A stretch of DNA of 63,239 nucleotides, the filler included, from Choristocarpus tenellus KU-1152 (Eukaryota; Protista; Phaeophyceae), in the NCBI GenBank assembly GCA_964200185.2. It is 12 parts of 12 records of this genome, joined end to end, with 100 filler letters (N's around TTAATTAATTAA, not from the genome) between each part and the next. Parts side by side here need not be neighbours in the genome. Positions count along the whole stretch, not along the records: positions 36,198 to 39,423 come from CAXNAD020021418.1; positions 39,524 to 42,314 come from CAXNAD020024718.1; positions 42,415 to 60,145 come from CAXNAD020000636.1; 9 more parts are not named here. One strand, given 5' to 3'. Position numbers and translations under genes: made by a program. A model generated the notes under the pieces. The model worked only from the letters and a program-made list of their open reading frames with translations, had not been told where the DNA came from and searched no databases. Below, piece after piece: positions 36,198 to 49,499 of this stretch. Numbering within the stretch: the first letter of the stretch is position 1; each line of letters starts with the position of its first letter.

Positions 36198-39100
36198 ATG
36201 ATGCTAATAGAAGGCTGATGCAGACTACCACGCTCTCAGGCCTTTTTGATTGAACCTCTTTTGATAAAGCGAAAGCAAGACATCAACTGAGCTAAGCATC
36301 AAGCTGACACCGTACGTGGTTATCATCTGTGGACTCCACTCGTAGTGTCGTTTTGAGGTCGTTAGATTTGAGTTGTACATCCTGGAAGGTGAGTATTGAG
36401 GGGCGCCTGTAACGTGGAGCTCCTACTGCCTCTCTTCAAACTGGAGAGATTACTCGTTGTTCACCCTAACTCATAGGATTGTTTTCTAGTTCCACCTGGG
36501 TTGGTTTCTGGCCCTACCTGGGTTTGAGGTCTGAGAGAAAGTATCTTAGAGGGTACGAATTTTGCCCTGTTTGTCCATTTGGGGCTTGGTTTCCAATGGA
36601 TATTATGACATTTTCCTACTCCAAAATGTTTAGGAGTAGGTAAAATGTATGCGTTATGAAAAGGTGTGTCCGAAACATAGATATTGACACTCCCTAACAT
36701 ACACGATAGTTAAAACTACATCAAAATCGTGACATTGGATTTTGACCCCCAAATGGACGCGGCTCCACCCTCTAAGATACTTTGGCTCGTCTTCATTCGT
36801 CGTCTACAGGCTTCCCTCCCTGGACCGGTCATCTAATTGATCTGAGAGCTTGGGTGGCTCTGAGGGAATTGCCCTTCTCTAGCCATAGAACGAGTGGCCT
36901 CTCATCGCCAGATCACTTGCCTATAGTCATTAAATGCGTGGTCTTACCACCATGGTCAAGACGTTGCCTAGGTAGTCAATTGTTCCGCGTTCCTTTACTC
37001 ACACATTTTTGTTCGCTTTTGGTTTCCATCTTGCCCTCTTACCCCCCAGATTTACAGACATGTCCAGCCCCCAACATTCGCAAGAAGCTGAGGTCGCCTC
37101 CGACCAGCAGACTCTCCAAGGAATTGATGATTCCAAGAGATTCAAGTCCAGTACCGCAACTCAAGGCAATTCTGATCGCAGTCGTGTCCATGCTACTGAA
37201 CGTCGAGACAGGCACAGAGAGCGCGTTCGTTTCTGGTCTTCCACTCATGGCAGATCCCGCTCCAGGTCAAGATCCCGGGACAGACACTCTCATCCACATG
37301 GAAGGCGGACCAGAGAAGAATGCAGAGGCCGCACCCGTTCACCGCATCGTCACCGTCAGACCAGTGATTATTCTTCTCCGCACAGGTCTGTATTACAAGC
37401 TCGAAGGAATAACCTGAGTACGGTACGTCGGTCCAGAGAGGTTGAGGCAGAGTTGCGAAGAGAGAATCATGAGTTGCGTATTTGAGCTGAGTCACGTGAG
37501 TCACGACCCGATAGGCAAGAGCACAACCTCGATATGTCTTATCACCAAGATTGTGCTAAAACCATGGAACGCATTCATAGGAAACTCGAAGACCCTGCCC
37601 ATGGCCTCGTCTTTCTTGGAGTACCTGCAGATAACTCCGCCCCAACCATGTCAAACAACCCCGTTTTTTTCGCTGACGCTCTTACCAAGGCTTTAGGGAG
37701 GGTTCAAGGAGGATCGTGGGCCTTACCCAAAGATCGTGTCCACTATCGTAATACATCACGTCCATGTAGTGATGCCCTTACCCCTTTCCGCATAGAGCTT
37801 CTTGAGCAACTACTGTCTGACTCTCTTAGGACCAACAGTGATCTCCTAAGTAACTCATCTACAGTGGAAGTCCCGAGCGTCACTGGACTCCTCCTTCAGG
37901 TTCCTCAGGAAGACATGACAGCGACCGAGTGGGTCCGTATCCTGGGGAGAGAATGCACCCTTTCGTATAGTCAGTCAAAAAATTCCGTAAAGAACGCAAT
38001 GAGTTCTTTAAGGACCGAGAGAGGGGAATCGTGGAAAGCTGCAGCCAACAGGCTTGTCTTGAATTATCGAGCATACACCGTAGATTCGCGGATGCCTCAT
38101 GTTTTCGAGACAACTTTCTCTTGGGGGTATATAGCTGAAGATCAAGTCATTGATCTTTGCGAACGAGCTCTTCCTAACCTTCTTCCCAAAGTTCTAGATC
38201 AGATTAGAGTACAGTCAATGGCATTTTCATTTCGAAAGGAGGTTCGGAACCAAATTCGCACACTGGCAATTTCCCAGAATAATCCTTTAGGAGATGAAAT
38301 GGTACAGAGGGGAATTAAAGCAGAGCGGATCTTTGACGATCTTATCGAAGAATTGTCCAATCGTAGCGACCAGTACGCATTTTTCCCAACCAATCAAAAT
38401 GCTACCAAACCTGCGTCTTCTAAAGATAGGACACCTACTGCTTTAGGTAGCATGACTAACGCCCGTGCTATGTTTGCAAGCATGTCCGATCCTTTGTCTG
38501 CCCCAGTTGACACCCTGGTAGGCAGACAGGAACTGGATTTACCTCAACATAGCAGGACAGCCTTGCCACAGGAGGTGCCAAGCCAGACTCCATCACCACA
38601 TCAAGAAGTTGTCAACAGTATGTTGGCAGCCCTCGCACCGATGCTCCAACCTGTTTTGTCCCAAAACCACCTGACCATTGTCTGTGCTGCGTTGACAAAC
38701 CAACCTGCTTCTGCTCCTGGGAAACATGGTACCACGTTCGTTTGGAAGAGCAATGCGTCCACGCCCGTTCGCCCAGCAACGCCCGCCACCCAGTCTGTGC
38801 CCCGATCCACGTCCTCTATAACCACAGACAGAGTGAGCGATGCAGGTCGCCACCATATTCGGGTAAGGATTTACCTTCGCCATCTGCTTCCCAAGATGAG
38901 GTGGTCGAGTGACTCAAGGCACATCGAGTATGTTTCCATCATGCCTTTGGTCACGAATGCTTCAAGTCTATCAGTCGCAGGTGCAGGTATACTCACGACG
39001 ACTCCGTAGTACCTAAGGGTTACTTTACATATCTGTCCTAAGATAAGCCAAGTACCACCCCAGCGAACGAGTCACATACGATGGTAGCCTTGACAGATGC

Positions 39101-39423
39101 CCATTTGCACTCCCTCGCCGCGATGCAAGACTTTGAGTTTCCGCCACCATGCAGCTCCACCGATTCTGAAGTCCCCGAGCTGCCCTGAAGAAGCGCCCTG
39201 GAGTCTTCAGCTCCAGGGAACTTAGTCACTGTAACCATAGGAATCATGCCCCCCGCACTTGCCTCGAACATATCCACTATGTCAACTGCCCAACGAACTA
39301 GTCAAGTATGACTATCTGCGCTGCTGTGGCACCCTCGCAAAGTCCGCTCGAGAATGCCTGTACAGATACTCCTTGACACAGGTGCAGGAGGTGGGAACTA
39401 CATCTCGTCTGCTTTCTGGCGCA
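36198..39423 (+). mobile_element. Ty3/gypsy-type LTR retrotransposon 5' half: LTR X end (to ~36413), TGG PBS-like site, leader with MITE A, gag, protease
   Basis: LTR homology to 19828/27549; long gag frame from ATG 37060; aspartic protease ILLDTGAGGGNYIS at ~39366-39410; the same LTR family has a 4-bp TSD at 27549. Confidence 0.8.
37060..39189 (+). pseudogene. Gag-like polyprotein: RS/RD-rich N-terminus and C-terminal CCCH finger; interrupted by TGA 37483, a frameshift near 38.85 kb and further stops
   Basis: ORFs 37009..37485 and 37534..39009 share a frame; the alternative frame at 38931-38996 gives CFHHAFGHECFKSISRRCRYTH. Confidence 0.7.
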
Positions 39424-39833
39424 NNNNNNNNNNNNNNNNNNNNNNNNNNNNNNNNNNNNNNNNNNNNTTAATTAATTAANNNNNNNNNNNNNNNNNNNNN
39501 NNNNNNNNNNNNNNNNNNNNNNNGTATGCTAGGAGACTACCCCTTATCATGTCCACACCTACAGGTAGTGTATCTGATATACCTATGAGGAGTCGTATTA
39601 GTATGTCTTGTGCACCTAGTGTACGAGTAACGACTGATAGGTCACAGACCCATGTGATAATGTCACAGGGCCTACACCTAAGGAAGCTGAAGACAATAAG
39701 GAGCATTGTGAAGAAGAGACCAGTGATGCCATTACTCGTGTTAGACACAGGATCTACCCTAGGTGCAAACTTCGATCAACATAAGGATATCTCTGTAATT
39801 CGTGTAGTTCAACCGGATCTCTAAGTTACACCT

Positions 39834-42314
39834 TGTTAAGCTGTCCTTGACGATCTGTTGTCCCACACAACTAGTTATATTATTGTTTATTAGCTTGTAT
39901 CACAGTTGAGAAGAGAGTGAGATACCTGTACTAGGTGGGGCTCACCAATCCTAACATTGAATGACTCAGAATACCAAGTGACTCAACACTTCTCTATTAC
40001 CCGTCAGAAACACTCCGACTCTAATAGTCCGTCGATTCCTTCCGATCAAATGCCCTGACTAAATATCCCGAATGTCCCGCATTATCTTCTGTGCGTACAT
40101 AAAATAATACTTCAAATAATATTCTCATAATTAGTTAAGCATAATCTTGACACACTCCCCTGCTCTGACTATGCAGTGAGAATCAAATCAGTCCAACAAT
40201 AAAACCCAACTTGAAATCAACTTATCCTGTAAACTTCAAATCTTAATTCTACACATGGACAAACAAAGTCATGACACACTCCCCTGTTCAGTCCATTCAT
40301 GATGAATCCAATGAACTCAATCTGCACACTATCCCTTACTCACAGTGCATGATAGTTCTAGTGTGAAACTCTAACACACTACCACTCAAAGACTTCGTGA
40401 ACAAATCTCCATGTTGTTCACCAGAGTTTACATACATAATCTTTACCTTCCCCTCTTTCACTAGGTTTCTAACATAATGATATCTGATATCTATATGTTT
40501 TGTCCTACCCCCTGAAGCTGTCTTCTCAGCCAACTCGATTGCCCCACTATTGTCTTCAAACAATCGTACACAATACTCTTGTACAGTTGGCTCCGAAAAA
40601 TATTGTACTTGTTGCAAGAACATAACCTCTTTGACCAAATCATGCAACGACACATACTCGGCCTCAGTGGTAGACAAAGCAACAATTTTCTGCATTTTGG
40701 ACCACCAGCTCACACATGCACCCCCAAATATTACCACGCCACCAGACACAGAAAATCTTGAAATCACACAATTTGTGTAATCAGCATCAGCATAGCTAAT
40801 GAGTTGGTCCCTGGGTGCATTCCCGTAAGAACTGAAATCACCATAGGTCAATCCTCTACTGCTTGTCCTCAACAAATACCAATAGCTTTCTCAGCCCCCT
40901 TCCAATCCGTCACCGTAGGGCTTACACATTTCATTGCTAGGCTCCTTACTGCAGATGATACATCGGGTCTGATCATAATGGACGCCCACATCAAGCTCCC
41001 AACCATTGCATGATAACCGTCTCTGACTGGGCCCTCCTCAACAAACTCTTTGGTTGCAACAGCAGGAAGATCACAGCCAGTTGGGATCCCACATTTAGCC
41101 GCCAAAATTTCAACACATACCTGCTGCCTATGGAAACAGTCCCTAGTCCACAATCCCTGTTTATGCGGCATCCCATAAACTGCCCCTTCTCCCCGAGGTA
41201 CTCCACTGGGAATTTCTTGTCCAGTCCCTGAACTATACTCCAAGCATGGTTAGACCCCTTGCTTGCCATAAGCATGTCATTTACATGAATGAGCATGATC
41301 AACACCAGTTCCCCATCCAGTATCCATCTAAATACACAAAGATCAGCCTCACATTGCTCCAGTCCTAGCTCCAACAATGACGTTACAAGCAAAGCATTCC
41401 AATTCTGTGATGCTTGTACAATCCCATACAGTGATTTCTATAGCTTCCCAATTGCCCTATCAAATTCAGCCACCACCCCTTCTGGCAGCTCCACATTTAA
41501 GTCTTCCTCCAAGTCTGCATTAGTGAGAGCCCTAACTGCATCTGCCATATTCAGGTCCCATCCTAACCGTGCTGTGAAAGCCAGAATCATCCGCAGGCTT
41601 GACATTTGTGCTGTTGGTGAGAATTTTTCATGCCAGTCAATTCCAGGCTGTTGTCTGAATCCTTGTACTACCAGTCTTGCCTTCCATCTCTCCACCAAGC
41701 CCACTGCATTCACCTTCCTCAATCATTCTGAACAGACACTAATCTGCCTCAGATTGTTCCAAGCCCATTTCCAGCAAAGTTTCCACCAGTAGAAAATTTT
41801 AGTTGTCCTAGTCCGCCTTGGACCTCTGCATTCTCCCTTTGCCATCCATCTGCCTCGGTCAAAAACCATCTTTGTCCCTAGTGCCTTGTGACCATCAGTG
41901 GAGCGAGGTACTTGAATCCACACTCCTCTGCTATCCACATCATCCACTTCTTCATGAATAGCAGCTTTCCACACAAAGGCCACTCCTCACACTCTGTCGC
42001 TGCTCTCATGGTCCTAGGTTCTGGTGGGAGGGGTTTATCTTTCCCACCCGCAAGTACACCTGCCATCCGTTCCAATGGCTCACCAGGTTCAGCTGGGGGG
42101 TCGTGGTTATAGTCCACTAGTCGCAGTAACAACTTTCCACCACTCCCCTGCTGTGACGTAGGTGGATCCATACCACCAGTACTAGTGTTCAGTATTCCAT
42201 CAGTACGTCCATTTTCTTCCAAGATTCCATCCCCACTCAGCCCCCATGGGGCAGTGACAAATGCTCCAGCCCCACCCTGGGCGAGCTCAACAAATGCTAC
42301 AACATCCTCCACTG
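39834..42314 (-). mobile_element. Ty1/copia RT-RNase H with PPT and probable 3' LTR (~39834-40152)
   Basis: EPRTMRAA, WKARLVVQGFRQQPGIDW, MLIHVNDM, YADADY, ALSTTEAEY, EDNSGAI...TKHIDIRYHY; PPT GGGGAGTG then TGTCAAG...CTTAACA on the minus strand. Confidence 0.95.
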
Positions 42315-42938
42315 NNNNNNNNNNNNNNNNNNNNNNNNNNNNNNNNNNNNNNNNNNNNTTAATTAATTAANNNNNNNNNNNNNNNNNNNNNNNNNNNNNN
42401 NNNNNNNNNNNNNNCCCAGATACGTTGAGCCCTGAGATGCCAGTCCCCCACTGAAATGCCCCGAGGACACAAGAAATAAATAAATGTCATATAAAGCACT
42501 TTGCAAATAACACAACGCACCCTACAAACATCACATTTCCGTTTACACTTCATGTACTTGTCAGGTATGCATCTGTTTGGTAGAGTGTTTGGTAGTAGCT
42601 GCCAACAACTCTGTGCTACACTCAGCATTTCTTGCCTGTTAGCACCTTAACCATGCAACGAGATAAACTTTGCATCATCATATCACCAACCTGGCGTATT
42701 GATAAAACCCACACCTAAGAGCGAGCTTGAATCTACCTCACAGCCCTCACTTCCAAAACAATCCAATTGAATTCCACCATTTTTTAATCTTTGCTTCCAA
42801 AGGACCAAGTAGAAAAGTTGGAATACTCTTGCCTCACACAATCCTCTTCTTTCTTATCTGCCTTCTCTGTCCATCAAGAGCCATGCAGAAGGCAAGAGCC
42901 TGAAGGGGGAGAGCCCATTCCTGCTCCCCCAAACACAA

Positions 42939-45780
42939 TTACCTCCCTACAAGGACAAGACGGAGTCTTTCCAGCCCAGTCAGGGGAGCTCGAACCCCAG
43001 CAGATATGCCCCTCAGGGTGCAGCCCAGAGCATCAAGCCTCAAGGTATCCAGCTTTGACATTGTGCCTGCTCTATAGGGGAAACCTTTTCCCCCTGCCCC
43101 ATGCTTCTGCTTGGAGATAACCAACTTGCGACAGTTACCCCTTGGCACCCATATGGTACGCGGAGAGGCAACCAAGACATTAGTGAGGCACACACGGTCA
43201 CCTTTCACCTAGGGAAGGGGAGGGCAGTGAGATGAGGGGGCAGGGGGAAGCTCATTTGTTGCAAAGGTGTGCAAAAGCTCAGTAGACACACAGAAAGAGC
43301 GCTCCTCATACCCGCATACCCATCTCTAAAGTTCAAAACTAAACTTTAAAAATGAGAATCTAATGGGTTTCAAATTTCTGTGCATGTGTTGTGGACCCCC
43401 CCTTAAGCTTGTCCAGGACACCCAAGTCTGAGTTGTGATTATGTTCTTCTGCACACATGCATCTGCTAGTAGTGCTCAAAAAGAGAGGATATTCTAGAAG
43501 TACAGTTTTCCTTTGTCATGGCAGTGGATACTGACTCACCACAGTGTGTACACAAATACCGTACAATCGTTACAAATATTCACATCTTTTACTAAACCCA
43601 ACGTCTAGAAACTCTGTTCCCGGTAAAATCTCAAGCAGGCAATCATAACCAATGACAACGGAAACAAGATGCCTAATATTGTTATGATCATAATCTAGAA
43701 TCAAAGACACAGTTGGAGTAGACAGCCATGACAACACACATGCAACAAAATACCACCTTTGAAAAGTGCACACATCCCCTCTACCAACACTTCCGCCTAC
43801 ACCCACGAAAGTCTCCCTTACATACACAGTATTAGAGCCAAATTCAGTCAACACCATTTTCAGTGAGAGCGTGTCGATGAGAACTAAGCCAATAAAGACA
43901 CACATCTATGCCCACCCACGCCAGTTTCTATATGTAGTACAGTAAGGAACACCAGAAGCAAGAAAGAAAAAAAATCCCACAGAAGCGTTGAAGGTTTTTA
44001 ACAGGTATTTGCATTAAAATGCATTCAATCTCTTCTGGGTGCACCGCCACTGTGTACACACATGCTCCACTCGGTTGATCATGTATGTTTAGATAAAACC
44101 TTACCTTCCCAACTCCTGCCTGTAACCATGCCCCTTGCACGTGGGCACCTGTACACCACACCTCGACCACATCACGTCTGCGAAGGGTGTCATCCTCAGT
44201 CAGGCTGGGGCGATCCACAGGCCAACGCAGCCGGTCACGACTAACCCACTCGTCCCACCTGCTGTCCCATCCTGGATAGTGAATACGGTACCTTCAACAG
44301 GAAGTGATGGAAAATTGGGAGGTCTGTGTGTGTTGAGAGGAGGGGTCGAATTTCACATCTTTGTTACAGGAATGGGCAGGATGAGATAGTACAGCCCTGG
44401 TTACTGCGCCATCTGATCAACCTGGGGGGGTTGGGGATTTTGCCACAATATCACAACACCCCATATACAGCGGAAAATCAAGAAATACTCCCCCAAAAAA
44501 CAATCACTTGCAGCCTACAGTTCAGGAGAGGCGGCTTTAGTGTCAAATGTTGAACATGCTTCACTGTCAGAGGCTCAACCATACACAAGAGTCGTAGTTG
44601 TCAAATATGTAGACCCAAGAGATTCATCCGAACGTATTGCATTACAAGTGATAGACCTCTATTTTCAAAACAGAGTGTTTTACTTTCCTTTTTAACCGGT
44701 AGGATCAAAGAGTCACAAAGGGACTAACCTTACACCCTTCTTAACGCCCAATCCATTCAAAGGGAACGCTTCTTTCTCACACAAAATGTCAACAATCGAC
44801 ATCGATAGTTGCGAAGTATCCCTCACCTGTAACCCTCGACCTTTTGCACCACTGTAGCTCCCCACCATGAACGTCCCATAAACACGTCCATTGTCTCTAG
44901 CCGGAACTTGCCCTCCCAAGACACCTCCATCTTGTCACCGACCAGAGGATCATCGAAGCGGTACCTTTATGGCAAAGAGAGGACAAGGACGGTTCAATTG
45001 TGTCTAGACCATGAAGGATGCCATATACACTTGAGAACTATGATTGGATCAAACCTTGGAGTGTACCGCATGCATTTTTGAACTATATAACAGAAAACCT
45101 ATCCAGCATAGATTTTGGTAGGGACAAGTCGCTTCAGAGCTAAAACATTTTCAGGTTCATAGACACACATCATTCAAAGATGTTATACCCTAGCGACTAA
45201 GGAAGACAAGGGTCACCACGACAATGGTAGAGAAATTTCAAGAAAAACAGTCGCTTGATTCGTGTTTTTTCTGATGTGGCCACGTGATGCTGCATACTAC
45301 TCACCCATGCAGTCTCTTTAGACCACCGCTGGACTTTCCACCCCGGCAAGGGGGGGGGTCTTCCTTGAAACAGCGTGACCACCATGCGCTCCACAACATA
45401 TCCTCCTCTGCTGCTTCAAGCCAGGAGTGGCAGACAATGCACACCTTCAGGGGGAGATGAAGACGGTGATGGACTAAACATTAGCATGATGTAGTGGTGA
45501 CCTAGATCCGTACTCACAAGGTTCTCACACGACTCTATCCCTCAATGATCACCTCGCTGAGCTCTTTGAGATTGAGGAATCCCATCGCATTGGAAATGAT
45601 GGCGTGCGGCAGACCTTTCAGGGGATTGTCCTCTCGAATGGACGACGACAACGACCTGGATCCGAACTTGCTTGAGCAACCCAACCCAAATCCAACCATT
45701 TTCAAACTTGGACTTGGATCAGATATTTGAACGTGACCGAAATCCTCTACGCCACCCCCAAGCCTTTCTCCACCATGCAT
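42939..45780 (-). CDS. F-box protein with two Tudor/Agenet (Royal-family)-like domains, 320 aa; exons 45780-45553, 45444-45305, 44964-44827, 44291-44105, 43208-42939
   Basis: GT-AG introns; 228+140+138+187+270=963 nt in frame. F-box LKGLPHAIISNAMGFLNLKELSE|VCIVCHSWLEAAEEDMLW. Tudor-knot VGDKMEVSW...WWGATVVQK...YRIHYPGWDSRWDEWVSRDRLR. Agenet-like RRDVVEVWC..GAWLQAGVGK|VKGDRVCL...IWVPRGNCR. The start codon is uncertain. Confidence 0.85.
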
Positions 45781-47486
45781 TTGTTAACCATCAATTCGTC
45801 TCTACCTTCGCCCACCACTCAACAGGGTTGTCCCATTTGGTTATAGTTGTTGAGGCCTGTTACACCTCGTTGAACTTGAGGGGCTGGCTCTTTAGGTATT
45901 CCCAACTACCACCTTCCAACTACAACCCACCTTCTTCTCTTCACAACAGAATTAGTAGTAGTATTAATAGTAGTACAAAATTCGATATCTTATTCAATAA
46001 TATAATGGTAGTATAGTACTTCACACAACGTACATCTTTCCAATATATTATTGAAAAGTATCTTATCAATCAAGTGAACAATAAATTTACAACTATAAAT
46101 CATATGAGAACATTTAATCGACGAGAGAATGGGAATGACTAATATATAAAAAACTAATATTTCTCTTTATGATAGGTGTGAGATGTGCTAAATAAGGGTT
46201 CAATAATGTAGTGCAGAATATACTATGAATATTATTATACAATTTGATATTTTGAGGATGTGTTAGGGAAAAAGTCAAACCAATATCACAACTATATTTT
46301 TTAGGTTGAATACTTTGAAACATCTACAAAATAATACGGCATACTTCCAACAAACATACATATATACGAAACGTTTTTCTATTTTTAGAGTTGTAAATGC
46401 GAAAGATATCTCTGCAAGAACTTTTTACTACATTGTAGTATACTCTTAGATAAAACAGCAGGGATTATCGGAACGTTTTATTCTATTCTATTGCGGAGTT
46501 ATTCTTTCCAATCCTCTTAACCTCGAATTTCCTCAAGAGTACAAATCCATAAATTACGGATTAGTTTTTCCTTCCCATTTACACATCTCTATAATCGATA
46601 ATAACATATCAGTTGGCAACGTACCAACTTACACACTTCTATACCCATAAAACGTTGGAGAAGTCCTGTCCCCACACTCCAAAACGTATTCTAAATTAGT
46701 TTATATAGTATAAGACAGATCAGAATCAAAAGTTCGAATATCAACAGAACTGGAAAACAAATACCAACTTTTTAATATGCAAGAAGCTTTATTTATTTTC
46801 ATTCATTCAGTTTGTGTAATAGTGAACTATCATTGGATTAATTATTTAGGTTCGGAGCCATCTTCATGGGAGTAAATAATTCTAAATATTTGATTTTGGA
46901 CGAACAAGTGTTGTTAGCATCTAATCTCACCAGATCTATTCCAATCCAACATACAAGTATATTACTTGCACAAACAAAAGCGATTTATCATTGTTAACGT
47001 TCACAGAGTAATGATAGTAGTAACATGAAGGATGGAGATGTTCTGATAACCTTGTAACTACCTACAGTTGAGGGTGATAATGATGTGAAGTCCAACGAGT
47101 GGATCCCAGATTCAGATGAGGTTCATGGGAGAGGATTGATGGCTGCGATGTTCTGTGGTTCTTGGAGATTACCGAACCAAAACCCCATTGATCCTGATCG
47201 TTAGAAATAACTTCCCTCTCATTGATACTACTTCTACACTATTCTATCTTGCAAAGTGGATGCTACTATAATATTATTATACCCCCTGACATTTTCCAAA
47301 TGTGTCGAGGGAATCTCATCACAAAAATCCCTAAAAAAGTAACGGTTGCGGTAAATAAATGTGGAAGACAGTAATCTATGTACTATTTTACTATCAGGTA
47401 TGTTTCACCACTACCTTCTTGTGCCTCCAACCTAACATAGTCCTACTACACTCCAGGGTGAGGAGCTAGGGAAGCATCCCAAGAAT

Positions 47487-47792
47487 CTAACAGGCCCTTC
47501 CTTGCCCATCTCCTGATGTGTACAGCTTAAAACGCATGACACTTCTAGACAGGGCTACTTGCGTTGTGACTGAGACTCTCTGGCGTAGATAGGATTTGGC
47601 CGCCCCTTTTCTGTTGTAGCCTCCTGTCCCTCTCCCCCCTACCGTGTGCGTAGCTACCACATCCAAAAAATATTCCGCTTGCTTACCGAGCCACCCAAAA
47701 CTTTCCATCGCGAAGGTGTTGAGGTTATAACTACGAAGGTCAACAGATTCCTCGTAGTATTTGCGCTTTCGCGCGCTCAGCTGTAGCAGCAC
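47487..47792 (-). mobile_element. 3' end of an RLE-type (CRE/R2-like) non-LTR retrotransposon
   Basis: RKRKYY...TFAMESFGWLGKQAEYFL...LRQRVSVTTQ matches the K..KY...ExFGxxG restriction-like endonuclease C-terminus. Confidence 0.75.
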
Positions 47793-49499
47793 CTACACCA
47801 TTGCTGGAGGATGAATGGGCCAAATGGGAGGCTGCTTGCACTTCTGCAAACGTAACATCTAGTAGGAGGTCTTTGTCTCGGTAGGGAGCTGATCCGGCAT
47901 CCGGAAGTGCTCCAGCATGGAAGACCCAATGTTACAGGGTGGAAGTCTCGTTAGGACCTCCATGTTACAGCACACTCTAGAAAGCTTACCTCCACAGGAT
48001 GTATAGCTCCAATCTATAGGCCAATAAATTATACAGATGGATATATAGGACTCCTGATGCACGAGTCGTCAAGTATGCTGGATCTCTCACTTGGATTATC
48101 ATCAATATCATCGTATAAAAAGGAACTGGTCTACGATGTCATATCACAATCAGAGACCATAATGACCAAATAATAAATAAATACTCAAGAAGTACAAATA
48201 TACCAAATCTAGAACTTCAAGGTTATAATGGTGTTTATGAAACCGCCAGCAAGACATATCGCCTGTAACAGAGAAATTTATTGAATGTGGCAATGAATCG
48301 ATGTTTGTTATGCAGACAGATATCAATAGTATCTACGTTGGTTGAGTGATGTGCGTTTCTATACTGTTTTCCGCAACGCACACTGATACATATCACATTG
48401 CAAGATCTTTCTTTATGCATCAGGCAATAAATATTGCAGACTACACTTGGTAAAGAGAAGACATATTTTAGACTTGATATGAGCCTCCTGTTTTGATGAA
48501 GGTTCGCTTGTTTAGGCATGTCAAACCTTACCTATTTTTCTTGCACCTTATTGAAGGAAATTCCATTCAACAATAAGCAGCAAGTCATCCTATCTTAGAA
48601 GGGGGTCTATGTAAGCCATTTTTGAGTGGTTAAAGGTCTCTAAAATCTAGTGCCTAAAACTCCATAATCTCACGTCTAAAATGTACCCAACCCCTCTTAG
48701 GAAGGAGGCCTTGACTGTGTAGATGATGAGAAGATGAACATTTGTATAGATGAGTGTGAAATCACCGTTCTGAGTGGTAGAAGTACTTACAATGAGAGAG
48801 TCACGGGGGTCTCAAGCACTCAATGATATCCCATCTAAGATAGGATATTCAACGTCACACTGAATTAATACCCCTACTGACTCTCACACAACGTTACAAA
48901 TGCACCCACTTGATAGTCGACCATATGGGAAAGCACCACCAATTTATCAAGTGAGGCATTTTACAACTCAGTAATGTTTTTTTTTTATGTACTCCTTCTA
49001 ACACTCCTATGAAGTGGACCAGTCCCTTTGCTTGATGTGGGTTACAAATGCAATGCACCTAGATGTAGAACTTGTGTACAGAACATTGGACAAATTATCG
49101 CAATCATGGCCATCACCTACCTGGTAGAGAAGTACACTTTGAACACATTCTTCTAGACTTGCTCAGAACGGAGGATGACCTTCTTTATGAATGTTGCTTA
49201 CAGCTCCTAGAGATCGACTGGCAAATAAATCTCCACTGTAAGGTTGCCTGCAAACTGCAGTAACACCAGAGGTAAGCAATGAGTCCAACTTGCTTATTCA
49301 CCACAACCAGTGCCACCTCCCTCACTTTCCAGAGGAGGAGGGACCAGTAGAGTACCTCCAGCAGCAGCACTGGCAGCACCAGTGGGAGTAGAAGTGGTAC
49401 AACCAGTCCCCCCTCCAGTTTAATACGAGGCCTCCCCACCTCCTACCCGCCTTTCCTGACCCTCCTCCTTCCAACATCGACTTCATTTGCACTCTGTCG

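Noticed and set aside
36415-36430. PBS TGGAGCTCC as the complement of the local tRNA-Val 3' end
   Set aside because: Only 5 contiguous nt match the expected TGGAGGTGCC.
43928-44104. VHPEEIECILMQIPVKNLQRFCG resembling a Ty3/gypsy RT-RNase H linker
   Set aside because: It is read-through into intron 4 of the F-box/Tudor gene, and no other pol motifs support it.
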